A DNA stretch of 64,000 nucleotides. Source: Squalus acanthias. Taxonomy: Eukaryota. The number at the start of each line of letters is the position of its first letter. Positions within the stretch are counted from its first letter, which is position 1. Below the pieces are notes generated by a model. The model worked only from the letters and a program-made list of their open reading frames with translations. It did not search any database and was not told the DNA's origin. The stretch lies in assembly GCA_030390025.1 (NCBI GenBank), contig CM059432.1, positions 110,362,001 through 110,426,000 on the forward strand, read 5' to 3'. Positions 50,339-64,000 of the stretch are shown one piece after another. Position numbers and translations under genes: made by a program.

Positions 50339-51706
50339 ATTCAAGATGGCTCCTGGGCTGTCAGCCCCTTTCTGAGCTGCTCTTCTCCAACTGTCTCCGT
50401 GGTCATCCATTTGCCATCCTTTGCCCTTTCTTCCCCCAATCTCCTTTCTTCCATCGCTTAAGATACATCACATCATTAAGATACCCTGGCTCTGATAGTG
50501 AAAGCATTTCAGCCCAAACTACAACGTTAAAGCTACCCCTGCACAGTCCACTGCCCATCCCGACACTGCGTGTCTTTGTTCTCACTGAGCTCCTTCAACT
50601 GCTGGAACTCTGCTGAAACTTGACCTCTATCACTGGATTCCTCAGGAACAGGACTGCGTTGACTACACGGTTTGACTCCGTGACTACGGCACTGTTCTGC
50701 TTTTCAGTCATTTCAAGTCTTATGCTGCGGAATTCTTCTGTCAAATTGGTTTCCGTTCTCCTTGACTTCTCTGGACATCTAGACTACGTTTCTGCTTTGA
50801 GCTACACTGGATTACACTACGTTCCTGCACTGGATTATACTGCATTTCACTGTAAGACGTACCTGCTGTGTCTCTATCTCTGCTGCTAAAAGATTTTTAC
50901 CTTTAAACTGCGGCTGTGTCTCTGCTGAAATGGTTCTACTGGTTTTTCAGCTCTGCTGGCTTCTAGGTAGCAGCTGCTGCTCCACCGGTTTTCAGCTTTG
51001 CTGGTCACTGGCTTGTGGTTTTACTTTTTCTCCGCCACTTTGATCTACGGTGACCTCCAACTTGCATCAATTTTGCCATCATCTACCGGCTCTCATTCCT
51101 ACGGCAACAACCTTCATCCTCGAACTCTCTATCCTTCAAATAGCTTCTGGGCTTCTCTCGCCTGCTTTGGACAACGGTTCGTCGATGCTCCATGCCGGCC
51201 CCATCCTGCTTACGTCGGCTTTGTCTTTCCATAGGACCTCTGACTATGACCCTGGTCTCCCTACTAATCTCTCCAACCTATTCCCTGCTACCAGGAAATA
51301 CGTATTCCATTAATTACTACATTTGAACAGGCCTATGTAACCTGAGCTTTTCCTGTGTCCATTCGCGTGCGCACTTTGGCTGCCGCTCCGGACCCGAGGC
51401 ATTCAATACTTTTCCACTTATTCCCCCTCTTTTCCCTTCTCTCTATCCCTCCCTGACCGCTCTCCCCTGTAGTCCTGCCTCCTTTCAGCTCTCCTCTCAG
51501 ATACTCTGCTCTCCCAAATCCCTACCCCAATCCTTCAGTACTCCCCGACCTTCCTACTCTCCTGCCGCCATCCCAAGCTTGATTCCCTCTTGGATAAGCC
51601 TACAGCTTCCCTCTGTGCCTCTCTTGGCATACTCCTGTGCAGCGCCTTGGGACGTTTTACTACGTAAAAGGCGCTATATAAATACAAGTTGTTGTTGTTG
51701 TTGTTG
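50339..51706 (+). mobile_element. Probable internally deleted (bipartite) L2 derivative
   Basis: 51575-51632 matches the pre-APE region at 12465-12520 and is joined directly to an L2-type tail with (GTT)n; candidate TSD GAGGG. Confidence 0.55.
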
Positions 51707-52920
51707 GAGGGGAAAGAGTAGAGCATACTCCTTGAGTACTCCATAGTCACCCTTTAAATTAAACCTGCTACTCATTCTCCCTTCCCGCAGTACAAACTGG
51801 AATTCTTCTACCTCTCAAAGTCCCTCCACCCTGCTGTAAGTGATTGACTGTCGCTTCATACTTTGGGTGGGGGTCCCGAATCTCAAAAGAATTCCTGCTC
51901 ACAGTCTGCAGTGGTGTTCAACTGTAGGGGCAGAGTGCATCTGTGAAGAAGGGAGGGGAAGAAGTGGCTCTGAAGTGGAAAGAGCAATAACTGTGGTAGG
52001 TTTTGAGAAAGCTGGGTCCACGAAAAACCAAAATGTATTTTCTTTTTATTTACATTTAATGGCCTATAAACTGTAAAGTGTACTTAGATTAACCAGAATG
52101 CATCATTTTTAATGTGAAAGATCAACATGTTCTGGGGTCAAGTCCCTCGACCCTGTCCCCTATCCCAGGATGCAATCCCAGTACAAACATGGGATAGAGG
52201 TACAGCATTTGGAAGGAGTGTGCACAATTTGGGATTTGCTGACAAGGACCCTGACTTGAATGATCCTGTGTTCAATATAACAGTGTGAATCCCCTATTTG
52301 CACCTAAGAAAACTAAAGCTTTTTAATCCCAGTAATAATCATCTGCTACTGGAAGAAAGAAGTCTTAAGACACAAACAAAAATCTCAAATGGCAAATGCA
52401 GAGTAATTCTCAATAAAATTGACCAATGTCCCTTTCTTTTGACAAGAAAGAAATGTAATGCCCATTTTCATTGTGGATTCCAAAACCCTGGAAAATCGCC
52501 CAAATCAAGTGCCAAAAATTAACACTGTCTGGAGGTGAGGTACAACACTTAACACCCGATAAAATAAATCTTGTGCCTTCAGCACTTGTATCCCTTTCAA
52601 GTACTGGGTATTTGTCTTCCTCTACTATTAATGAATGACAATGCTGGGTATACGTACAGCTCAAGAGACAAGCCTGTGTCCAACTGTACTTTCAGTGTAA
52701 TTACTTGTTTTCGCAGGTCATACACTCACTCAGGGCAGTTTTTGAGATGCCAGCTTTTTTGAAACTGTCCAATTTTGCTTTTATTTTGTGATAAGTATAC
52801 ATAGTTCAGGTGATCTTTCAAAATTGTGGTTAATGATTTAATGTTACCTCTGGTACTTATCTATTATGAACTTGTACTTAACTTACAGAATCATAGAATG
52901 GTTACAGCACAGACGGAGGC

Positions 52921-55900
52921 TCAAAGGTAGTAATCTCAGGATTGCTACCGGTGCCACGTGCTAGTCAGAGTAGAAATAGAAGGATATTTCAGATGAATAC
53001 GTGGCTAGAGGAATGGTGCAAGGGGGAGGGATTCAAATTTCTGGGACATTGGAACCGCTTCTGGGGGAGATGGGACCAGTACAAACTGGACGGTTTGCAC
53101 CTGGGCAGGACCGGGACCGATGTCCAAGGGGGACTGTTTGCCAGTGCTGTTGGGGAGGGTTTAAACTAAAATGGCAGGGGGTTGGAAACCTGTGCAGGGA
53201 AACAGAGGAAAGGGAAGCAAGGATAGAAGCAAAAGACAGGAAGGAGAAAAGCAAAAGTGGAAGGCAGAGAAATCAAGGGTGTAAATCAAGCAGGGCTACA
53301 GTAAATAATAATTCTAAAAGGACTAAGAGTGTTAAAAAAACAAGCCTGAAGGCTTTGTGTCTTAATGCGAGGAGCATTCGTAATAAGGTGGATGAATTAG
53401 CTGCGCAAATAGATGTAAACGGATGTGATATAATTGGGATTATGGAGACATGGCTCCAGGGTGACCAAGGCTGGGAATTCAACATCCAGGGGTATTCAAT
53501 ATTCAGGAAGGACAGACAAAAAGGAAAAGGAGGTGGGGTAGCATTGCTGGTTAAAGAGATGATTAACACAATAGTAAGGAAGGATATTAGCTCTGATGAT
53601 GGGGAATCTGTATGGGTAGAGCTGAGAAATACCAAGGGGCAGAAAACGTTAGTGGGAGTTGTATACAGACCCCCAAACAGTAATGCTGAGGTTGGGGATG
53701 GGATTAAACGGGAAATTAGAGACGCGTGCAATAAGGGCACAGCAGTTATCATGGGTGACTTTAATCTACATATAGATTGGGCTAACCAAATTAGTAACAA
53801 TACTGTGGAGGAGGAATTCCGAGAGTGTATACGGGAAGGTTTCCTGGACCAATATGTCGAGGAACCAACTAGAGATCAGGCCATCTTAGACTAGGTATTA
53901 TGTAATGAGAAAGGATTAATTAACAAGCTTGTTGTGCGAGGCCCCTTGGGGTGGAGCGATCATAATATGATCGAATTCTTCATTAAGATGGAGAGTGAAG
54001 TAGTTGACTCAGAGACTAGGGTCCTGAATTTAAATAAAGGAAACTACAATGATATGAGGCGCGAGTTGGCTAGGGTGGATTGGGGAGCGTTACTTAAAGG
54101 GTTGACTGTGGATAGGCAATGGCAAACATTTAAAGATCGCAGGGATGAACTACAGAATTTGTTCATCCCTGTCCTGTTTGGCATAAAAATAAAACAAAAA
54201 AGGTGACTCAACCATGGCTAACAAGGGAAATTAGGGATAGCATAAGATCCAAGGAGAGGACATATAAATTGGCCAGAAAAAGCAGCAAACCTGAGGATTG
54301 GGAGCAGTTTAGGATTCAGCAACGGAGGACAAAGGGATTAATTAAGAGGGGGAAAATAGAATATGAGAGTAAGCTTGCAGGGAACATAAAAACTGACTGT
54401 AAAAGCTTCTATAGATATGTGAAGAGAAAAAGATTGGTGAAGTCAAGCATAGGTCCCTTGCAGTCAGAATCAGGGGAATTTATAATGGGGAACAAAGAAA
54501 TGGCTGACGAATTAAATACATACTGTGTTTCTGTCTTCACAAAGGAGGACACAAATAAACTCCCAGAGATGTCGGGGAACATAGGGTCTAATGAGAGGGA
54601 GGAATTGAATGAAATCACTATTTGTAGGGAAATGGTGTTAGGGAAATTGACGGGATTGAAGGCCGATAAATCCCCAGGGCCTGATAATCTACATCCTAGG
54701 GTACTTAAGGAAGTAGCCCTAGAAATAGTAGATGCATTGCTGGTCATCTTTCAAAATTCTATGGACTCTGGAACAGTTCCCATGGATTGGAGGGTAGCTA
54801 ATGTAACCCCACTATTTAAAAAAGGTGGTAGAGAAAAAACGGGGAATTATAGACATCAGTAGTGGGCAAAATGCTAGAGTCCATTATAAAAGATGTAATA
54901 GCAGAGCACCTGGAAAACAGTGACAGGATCGGACAAAGTCAACATGGAATTACAAAAGGTAAATCATGCCTGACTAATCTACTGGAATTTTTTGAGGATG
55001 TAACTGGTAGAATAGATAAGGGAGAGACAGTGGATGTGGTGTATTTGGATTTCAGAAGGCTTTCGATAAGGTCCCGCATAAGAGAATAGCGTGCAAAGTT
55101 AAAGCACATGGGATTGGGGGTGAGGTACTGATTTGGAGAGAGAACTGGTTGGCAGACAGGAAGCAAAGAGTTGGAATAAACGGGTCTTTTTCCGAGTGGC
55201 AGGCAGTGACTAGTGAGGTACCGCAGGGATCGGTGCTAGGACCCCAGCTATTCACAATGGGCCGAAAATTGATCCCGGGACGCGAGAGTACGCACTGCGT
55301 ACTCTCGCGTATTCCCACTCCAATTGCCGGTTTTCTGCATGCCCTGCGCATGCGCTGAAAACCGGCAATTGCTCTTCTGAAAAGGGGGCGGGTCCTGGGT
55401 GCATCGCGTGCGCGCTACAGGCTGCGCGCACGCTGTGCACTTCATGCTTTGGACGCGCAGGTAAGTAGGGAAGATTTTGGAAATGTAAAAAGGAGGAGTA
55501 AGACCCGCTTTTAAGAAGGTAAGTAGTGAATTAAGTATTTTTTTGAATTTTTTTTTTTACAGGTATATCTTTTTTAGAGACTTTAAAGACAGGTAAGTTT
55601 ATTTTTATAACTTTTTAAAAGATTTTAAATTTTTTCAAAAATTTAATTTTTTATTTAAAATGGTTAATTTAATTAACTATACTTATTTTATTAATGTGAT
55701 GGTTTTTTTTTAATTTAATTGAGGTTTAGCTGTTATTTTGGGGGGGTGTAAGATTCATAGATTTCACAGCAGGTCTGTGAAACTTATGAATGGAAGATGG
55801 TGTGCTGCCATTGGCTCTAACTGAGTCACGTGATCTCACAGCTCGCACGAATTCACTACGCCGCTGGGATACGCAAGCCCAGCACAGCTGATGTCTGGAA

Positions 55901-56965
55901 CATCAAGTTCGTGCGAGCTGGATCTGAAAAAGCACAAGCGAGGTGAGACAGCGCGGGGAAGGCTTACCCCCGCGGGAACAGAGCGAGATCAATTACTGGG
56001 CCAATATATATTAATGATCTAGACGAGGGAACTAGATGTAATATCTCCAAGTTTGCAGACGACACAAAGCTGGGTGGGCGTGTGTGCTGTGAGGAGGATG
56101 CAGAGAAACTCCAGTATGATTTGGACAGGTTGGGTGATTGGGCAGATGCATGGCAGATGCAGTATAATGTGCAAGGTTATCCACTTTGGTGGCAAAAACA
56201 GGAAGACAGATAATTATCTGAACGGCAATAGATTGGGAAAAGGGGAAGTGCAACGAGATCTGGAGTCCTTGTGCACCAGTCGCTGAAGGTAAGCATGCAG
56301 GTGCAGCAGGCGGTTAAGGCGGCAAATGGTATGTTGGCCTTCATAGCGAGAGGATTCGAATACAGGAGCAAGGATGTCTTGCTGCAGTTGTACAGGGCCT
56401 TGGTGAGACCACACCTTGAGTATTGTGTGCAGTTTTGGTCGCCTTATCTGAGGAAGGATGTTCTTGCCATGGAGGGAGTGCAGTGAAGATTTACCAGACT
56501 GATACCTGGGATGGCAGGAATGACGTATGAAGAGAGATTGGGTCGAATAGGCTTATATTTGCTAGAGTTTCGAAGAATGAGAGGGGATCTCATTGAAACT
56601 TATAAAATTCTAACAGGACCAGACAGACTAGTTGCAGGAAGGATGTTCCCGATGGCGGGGGAGTCCAGAACCAGAGGTCTAAGGATAAGGGGTAAGCCAT
56701 TTAGGACTGAGATGAGGAGGAATTTCTTCACCCAGAGAGTGGTGAACCTGTGGAATTCTCTACCACAGAAGGCAGTTGAGGCCAATTCATTAAATATATT
56801 CAAGAAGGAGATAGATATATTTCTTAAGGCTAAAGGGATCAAGGGATATGGGGAGAAAGCAGGGACAGGGTACTGAATTTGGATGATCAGCCATGATCTC
56901 ATTAAATGGCGGAGCAGGCTCGAGGGGCCGAATGGCCTACTCCTGCTCCTATCTTCTATGCTTCT
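52921..56965 (+). mobile_element. Long CR1 (ORF1 end, ORF2, tail), decayed, with MITE B inserted in the RT
   Basis: FLGHWNRFWGRWDQYKLDGLHL, LNARSIRNK..ETW, then RT motifs; inserted into the tail of a minus-strand CR1 (52887-52920 / 56966-57650). Confidence 0.92.
55259..56002. mobile_element. Harbinger-type MITE family B, second copy (744 bp, inverted)
   Basis: TSD AAT; removing it restores CR1 ttcacAATatatattaatgat (FTIYIND). Confidence 0.92.
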
Positions 56966-57650
56966 ATTCGGCTCGTCGAGCCCATGCCAGCCCTCTGCAA
57001 CAGAACTGCAGCTAGTCCCAATCCCCCGCCCTTTCCTCATAGCCCTGCACAGTTTTTTCCTTCAGGTACTTATCCAATTCCCTTTTCAAAGCCACATAAC
57101 TGAAGTCCCTCATCCCTGGAACCATACTTATAAATCTTTGCTGTACCCTCTCCCAAGCCTTCACATCCTTCCTAAAGTGCGGTGCCCAAAATTGGACACA
57201 ATACTCCAGTTGAGGCCGAACCAGTGTTCTACAAAGGTTCATCATAACTACCTTGCTTTTGTACTCTATGCCTCTATTTATAAAACCCAGGATCCCATAT
57301 GCTTTTTTTAAATACTTTCTCAACCTGCCCTGCCACCTTCAATGATTTGTGCACATATACCCCCAGATCTCTCTGTTCCTGCACCCCCCTTTAGGATCGT
57401 ACCCTTTAGTTTATATTGCCTCTCCTCATTCTTCCTACCAAAATGTATCACTTCGCATTTTTCTGCGTTAAATTTCATCTGCCGCATGTCCGCCCATTCC
57501 ACCAGCCTGTCTATGTCCTCTTGAAGTCTATCACTATCCTCCTCACTATACTTCCAAGCTTTGTCTCATCCGTAAATTTTGAAATTGTGCCCTGTACTCC
57601 CAAGTCCAAGTCATGAATATATATCAAGAAAAGCAGTGGTCCTAGTACTA
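56966..57650 (-). mobile_element. CR1 3' fragment
   Basis: ORFs 57012-57323 and 57320-57502. Confidence 0.85.
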
Positions 57651-57651
57651 A

Positions 57652-59050
57652 AAGGGAAGCTCGATAAGCATATGAGGGAAAAGGGAATAGAGGGTTATGC
57701 TGACAGAGTTAGATGAGGAAAAATGGGAGGAGGCTTGAGTGGAGCATAAACGCCGGCATGGACTGGTTGGGCCGAGTGGCCTATTTCTGTGCTGTATATA
57801 AAAAGATTAGCATTACTGAAAGTTGGTAAGTCACCTGGTCCAGATGGAATGCATCCTAGATTGTTGAAAGAAGCAAAGGTAGAAATAGTCGAGGCATTGG
57901 TCACAATGGGGGGAATTTTTACTTTTCAACACGCTGGGAGCAGGAGGGGTGCGCGAGATCCGGTAGTGCATGGAACGCGGAAGTCTAGGTCTCCCTGCAC
58001 ACTCTGGAGATTTAACTCCACAGCATGCGTCTTTTGTCATTGACTGGTTCCCCACCCGGAAGTCAGCTTGATTGACAGGCTTGGCATCCAGCACTCGGAG
58101 GAGGCCGCCGCAGGACCAGGAAGGTCTGATCCCAACCCCATGGGTTGGTCAGATTCCTGGCCAGGGGGGGTGGGAGGGGTTTGACAAAGTAGTAGACAGT
58201 GATGAGGATAGCTGTAGACTTCAGGATGACAGACAGGATGGTGAAATGGGCAGAATCATGGTTGATGGAGTTCAATGCAGAGAAGTGTGAAGTGATGCAC
58301 TTTGGGAGGACTAATATGGAAAGACGGTATACTATAAATGGCACAATTTTGAAAAGTGTAAATGAGCAGAGAGACCTTGGGGTCCATATGCACAAATCCT
58401 TAAAGGTGGCACAGCAAGTTGATAAGGTGGTTAAAAAAGCATATGGGTTACTTGGGTTTATAAACAGAGGCATAGAATATAAAAGCAAAGAGATCATGCT
58501 AGAACTTTATAAATCACTGGTTAGGCCTCAGCTGGATTATTGTGGACAATTCTGGGCACCACACTTCAGGAAAGATGTAAAGGCCTTAGAAAGGGTACAG
58601 AGGAGGTTTACCAGGATGTTACCAGGGATGAGGGACTTCAGTTATGAGGAGAGGTTGGAAAAGTTAGGACTGTTCTCCTTGGAACAGGGAAGGTTAAGAG
58701 GCGACCTAACAGAGGTTTTCAAGATGATGAGAGGTTTTGATCGAGTAGAGAGAGAAAAACTATTCCCTCTGGTGAGTGGGTCAATAACTCGAGGTCATAG
58801 ATTTAAAATCATTGGCAAAAGATTGAGAGGGGAGATGAGGAGAAATGTTTTCACTCAGAGTTGTCGGGATCTGGAACGCTCGAACTGAAAAAGTGGTGGA
58901 AGCTGATTCCATAAATAATTTAAAAAAGGGAGCTGGACAGGTTCTTGAGGATGAGGAACTTACAGGGTTATGGACAAAAAGCAGGATGTGGGACTAAGCA
59001 CAGGCACGACAGGCCGAATGGCCCCTTTTGTGCTGTAAGTTTCTATAGTT
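57652..59050 (+). mobile_element. CR1 fragments (tail 57652-57800, body 57805-59050) with a one-ended MITE remnant at about 57908-58180
   Basis: KSPGPDGMHPRLLKE, then aat|ggggggaatttt, then ORF 58199-58888; the RT core is missing. Confidence 0.8.
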
Positions 59051-59168
59051 TAAGAGGTGTTCTAAACCATGAAGGGTTTTGATCAAGTAAAGGAGAAACT
59101 GTTTCCAGTGGCTGAGTAAATAACGAGAAACTGTGGCAGAGCGTCAATTACCAGAGGACACAGATTTA

Positions 59169-61662
59169 GAAACATAGAAAAATAGGAGCAGGGGTAGGCC
59201 ATTCAGCCCTTCGAGCCTGCTCCGCCATTCAATATCATGGCTGATCCTCTATCTCAATACCATATTCCCGCTCTCTCCCCATACCCCTTGATGCCTTTTG
59301 TGTCTAGAAATCTATCTATCTCCTTCTTAAATATATTCAGTGACTTGGCCTCCACAGCCTTCTGTGGTAGAGAATTCCACAGGTTCACCACCCTCCTGAG
59401 TGAAGAAATTTCTCCTCATCTCAGTCCTAAATGTCCTACCCCGTATCCTGAGACTGTGACCCCTCGTTCTAGACCCGCCAGCCAGGGGAAACCTCCTCCC
59501 TGCATCCAGTCTGTCTAGCCCGGTCAGAATTTTATACGTTTCAATGAGATCCCCTCTCATTGTTCTAAACTCTAGTGAATACAGGCCTAGTCAACCCAAT
59601 CTCTCCTCATACGACAGTCCTGCCATCCCAGGAATCAGTCTGGTGAACCTTCGCTGCACTCCCTCTATGGCGAGTATAACCTTTTAGATAAGGAGACCAA
59701 AACTGCACACAGTACTCCAGGTGTGGTCTCACCAAGGCCCTGTATAACTGTAATAAGACATCCTTGCTCCTGTACTCAAATCCTCTTGCAATGAAGGCCA
59801 ACATACCATTTGCCTTCCTAACTGCTTGCTGCACCTGCATGTTTGCTTTCAGTGACTGGTGTACAAGGACACCCAGGTCCCTCTGTACATCAACATTTCC
59901 CAATCTATCACCATTTAAATAATACTCTGCCTTTCTGTTTTTCCTACCAAAGTGGATAACTTCACATTTTTCCACGTTATACTGCATCTGCCATGTATTT
60001 GCCCACTCACTTAACTTGTCTAAATCACCTTGAAGGCTCTTTGCATCCTCCTCACAACTCACAATCCCACCTAGTTTCGTGTTGTCAGCAAACTTGGAAA
60101 TATTACATTTGGTTCCCTCATCCAAATCATTGATATTTATTGTGAATAGCTGGGGCCCAAGCACTGATCCCTGCGGTGCCCCACTAGTCACCACCTGCCA
60201 CCCCGAAAAAGACCCATTTATTCCTACTCTGTTTCCTGTCTGTTAACCAATTTTAAATCCATGCCAGTATTATATCCCCAATCCCATGTGCTTTAATTTT
60301 GCACACTAACCTCTTATGTGGGACTTTATCAAAGGCCTTCTGAAAATCCAAATACACCACATCCACTGGTTCTCCCTTATCTATTCTACCAGTTATATCC
60401 TCAAAAAACTCCAGTAGGTTTGTCAAACACGATTTCCCTTTCATAAATTCATGTTGACTTTGTCTAATCCCGTTGATATTTTCCCAAGTGTCCTGTTATC
60501 ACGTCCTTTATAATAGACTCTAGCATTTTCCCTACTACTGATGTTAGGCTAACCGGTCTGTAGTTCCCCGTTTTCTCTCCCTCCTTTTTTAAATAGTGGG
60601 GTTACATTTGCCACCCTCCAATCTGCAGGAACTGTTCCATAATATATACAATTTTGGAAGATGACAACCAATGCATCCACTATTTCCATGGCTACCTCTT
60701 AGTACTCTGGGATGCAGATCATCAGGCCCTGGGGATTTATCGGCTTTCAGTCCCATTAATTTCTCCAGCACTATTTTTTTTTACTAATACGAATTTCCTT
60801 TAATTCCTCCTCCTCACTAGGCCCTTGGTTCCCTGGCATTTCTGGGAAGTTATTTGTGTCCTCTTCCGTGAAGACAGGACCAAAGTATTTGTTTAATTGC
60901 TCTGCCATTTCCTTGTTCCCCATTATAAATTCTCCCGTTTCTGACTGTAAGGGACCTACATTTGTCTTCACTACTCTTTCTTTTTAAATACTTGTAGAAG
61001 CTTTTACAGTCCACTTTTATGTTCCTTGCAAGTTTACTCTCATACTCTATTTTTCCCCTCTTAAATCAATCTCTTGGTCCTTTTTTGCTGAATTCTAAAC
61101 TGCTCCCAATCCTTAGGCTTGCTACTTTTTCTGGCAACTTTATATGACTCCTCTTTGGATTTAATACTATCCTTAATTTCTTTTGTTAGCCATGGTTGGG
61201 CCACTTTTCCTTTAGTGTTTTTGCGCCAGAAAGGAATGTATAACTGTTGCAATTCATGCATTCGTTCCTTAAATGTTAGCCATTGCCTATCCACCGTCAT
61301 GTCTTTTAATGAAGCTCCCCAATCTATCATAGCCAATTCACTCCTCATACCTTCGTAGTTTCCTTTGTTTAGATTTAGGACCCTAGTTTCGTATTGGACC
61401 ACTTCACTTTCCATCTTAATGAAGAATTCTATCATGTTATGGTCACTCTTCCCTAAAGGACCCCACACAACAAGATTATTAATTAACCCCTTCTCATTGC
61501 ACAATACCCAATCTGGGATAGCCTGTTCCTTAGTTGGCTCAACGTACTGGTCTAAAATAAATCTCGTACACACTCCAGGAATTCATCCTCCACAGTATTA
61601 TTGCTAATTTGGTTTGGCCAGTCTATATGTAGATTAAAGTCACCCATGATTACTGCAGATAT
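59169..61662 (-). mobile_element. CR1 (APE end to tail), frameshifted, inserted into an older + CR1 3' fragment (about 59050-59168 / 61663-61880)
   Basis: ORFs spanning 59327-61573; TSD GATTTA (59163-59168, 61663-61668). Confidence 0.92.
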
Positions 61663-63618
61663 GATTTAAGGTATTTGGCAGAAGAACTAGAGACGACATG
61701 AGGATAAAAAAATTTACACACCGAGTTGTTATGATCTGAAGGTCAATAACAACTTTCAAAAGGGAATTGGATAAATACTTGAAGGTGGAAAATTTGTAGG
61801 GCAATGGGAAAGAGCAGGGGAGTGGGTCCAATTGGATGGCTCTTTCAATGGCCTCCTTCTGTGCTGTATCATTCTATGATTTTGATTACTTTTAGTTTTC
61901 AGGTTAAGATTTTTTTGAGCACCTCTGACTCTCTGCATTATGCTGTATTATTCAGCTGTTAATTGTAACATGTGTAATCACCAACGCTCCTTGTACTAAT
62001 TTATCCAGCTGATAATCAACCCAAGATAAATCACTCCCTGCTAACAGTAACGACAAGGTCAGAACAGACACCAATCCAACATGGCAGCCAGAAACAGTAC
62101 AAGTAAAGCTGGCACATCAATACTTGGCAACATGGAGTATCAATTAAATATGCAATTAAAACAATGTTAACATTTTTAATCCAGATTATTCGTGACTTTT
62201 TAAAAAAAATTGATTGACAGCCCCAAAAAAACCAAACATTTCCAACAAAAACTATTTTCCTTTTAATTGTTTAAGTCACTCAAAAAAGATTGAGCTTATT
62301 TTTTTCCTATCGTTGTATACAGTATTCCATTTTCTGTGGTCCTTTCCAACTCATTGGTTGAATTGCCTATTTAGAATTAAGCAAATAAATTTCCCCTCAC
62401 TTTCCAGATGTTGGCAATTCACCAGTTTTATAAAGCAGTCCTGAAAAATAAACCAACACAACGGTGAGGAGTGAGTATGGAGAAGTAACACTGAAAATCT
62501 AATTGTTGCATAGCAGAAACTGTACAATCCAACTGAATTTGTGCAGCAGACTTGATGGACCAGCTGGTCCTTTACTGCCCATTAATTTCACATGTTCGAA
62601 ATTAAGAAAGTTAAGACTCCAACTGAGGAGACGCCCATGGCATGCCCCTACACATAAGAGTTTCAACCAATCACCCGTACAGTGCACCAGTACCAGCGCA
62701 AAGTCCTCCACCACCACTTTAAACCTGAATAAAGGGACCAAAAATCCAGAGTCAACAGTAACTGAAATGGTGATTGAACAGTAATGAGTTAACTGCATTA
62801 TAGTATACCCAGCTCGATCTGCCTATCCTCCTGCAATTACTTAAATATAAAACAGTGGGATCAGAATGAAGCAGGAGCTCGGTGTACTAAAGTACTAACT
62901 TGTTTGCACTACTCGTTTCTTTTATATTGTGACAACCCCTCTGAAATCAACTTGGAGAACATTGTTCAGTCTTCTCACTTATTCAAACTGTAGCAGTTCA
63001 CACACTGACATCCAACACTCAGCCCAGGAAGGTTGCTGCCATATTCTGCCCGAATCAAAAGCAAAATGAGTTTCAAAAGGCAGGGAACTACGAAACAAGC
63101 ATCCAGACTGTACAGTCAGTTGTTACAGCAACCGGTTGATGTAGTTTTGTCAGCTTAAAACAAACACAAGTAAATTCTATTATGGGATTTGAGGAATATG
63201 GGAGCATTAGCAGAAAACTGCTTCTTCCTCCTCCCTCTCCCCAGGGAAACATATCAAAGTGGCTATCTTCTGGCTGAAAACTTGCCATTGAAGCCTAAAT
63301 TTTCAAATTGGGTGTAATCTCGACCAGAAGCAAGATTGAGCATGTATGGCACACACACCTCATCAGGAAACCCTTCCAATCTCTCTTCTTTTCCTTCACT
63401 GCCATAGGAAGAAGCTATAATTGTCTGCCGCTGGCACTGCCAGTACGCCAGAGTTTGGTCCATCAGCCACTCGACCTTCCCAAGCACCAGCTCAGATATC
63501 CAGCCCAGGAGAGTTAGAGAGCGAGTCAGAGGGGAGTGCACTGAGTGACACACACAGTACGAGCAGGTAATGGCATCACAGGAGGATGAAGATGTTACTG
63601 ACCGAAAGTCAGGATGCA

Positions 63619-64000
63619 TTCTTCTTCTTAGGCAGTCCCTCGGAACAGAGGATGACTTGCTTCCACATTAAAAAGGAGTTCTCAGGTGACTGATCAGTCC
63701 AATGCGGGACCTACAGTCTCTGTCACAGGTGGGGCAGATGGTGGTTGAAGGGGCGGGAGGGTGGGGTGCTTGGGTTGACGTGTGCTCCTTGCGCTTGGCT
63801 TCCGATTGCTCCCGGCGAAGAGACTCGAGGTGTTCGGCGCCTTCCCGGATGCTTCTCCTCTACTTTGTACGGTCTTGGGCCAGGGATTCCCAGGTGTCGG
63901 TGGGGATCTTACACTTTTTCAAGGAGGCTTTGAGGGTGTCCTTGAAGCGTTTCCTCTGCCCACCTGGGGCTCTCTTGCCGTGTCGGAGCTCCGAGTAGAG
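63619..64000 (-). mobile_element. RTE-clade LINE 3' end (continues beyond the window)
   Basis: Minus strand reads LYSELRHGKRAPGGQRKRFKDTLKASLKKCKIPTDTWESLAQDRTK; (GAA)n tail at 63619-63629. Confidence 0.85.

Noticed and set aside
62499..62798. Opposing 99-aa and 93-aa ORFs
   Set aside because: No recognisable protein; part resembles a decayed CR1-type tail.
1..64000. Prokaryotic systems (CRISPR, retron, operons)
   Set aside because: No repeat-spacer arrays; all RT sequences are eukaryotic non-LTR or Penelope types.

Overview
Vertebrate genomic DNA, most likely from a cartilaginous fish (inferred from the repeat landscape), with a 200-N gap at 25573-25772. The window is almost entirely intronic. 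The only host coding exon I can recognise is an 80-bp minus-strand exon of an OXR1-type gene (42081-42160, DTGQKPQEKKDARRMSFQKPKGTIEYT). The rest is a dense nest of transposons: many CR1 LINEs (one full-length), L2 and RTE fragments, Penelope-like elements with minimal hammerhead ribozymes, tRNA-derived SINEs and several PIF/Harbinger-type MITE families with 3-bp TSDs. The most unusual object is a 3.25-kb single-ORF LINE (6151-9400, minus) that inserted as one unit with a tRNA/SINE-like head containing a Pol III B-box. By my manual scan its sense strand has no TTTT run, which suggests a protein-coding retrotransposon transcribed by Pol III. All calls are by eye, without database searches, and boundaries without a stated TSD are approximate.
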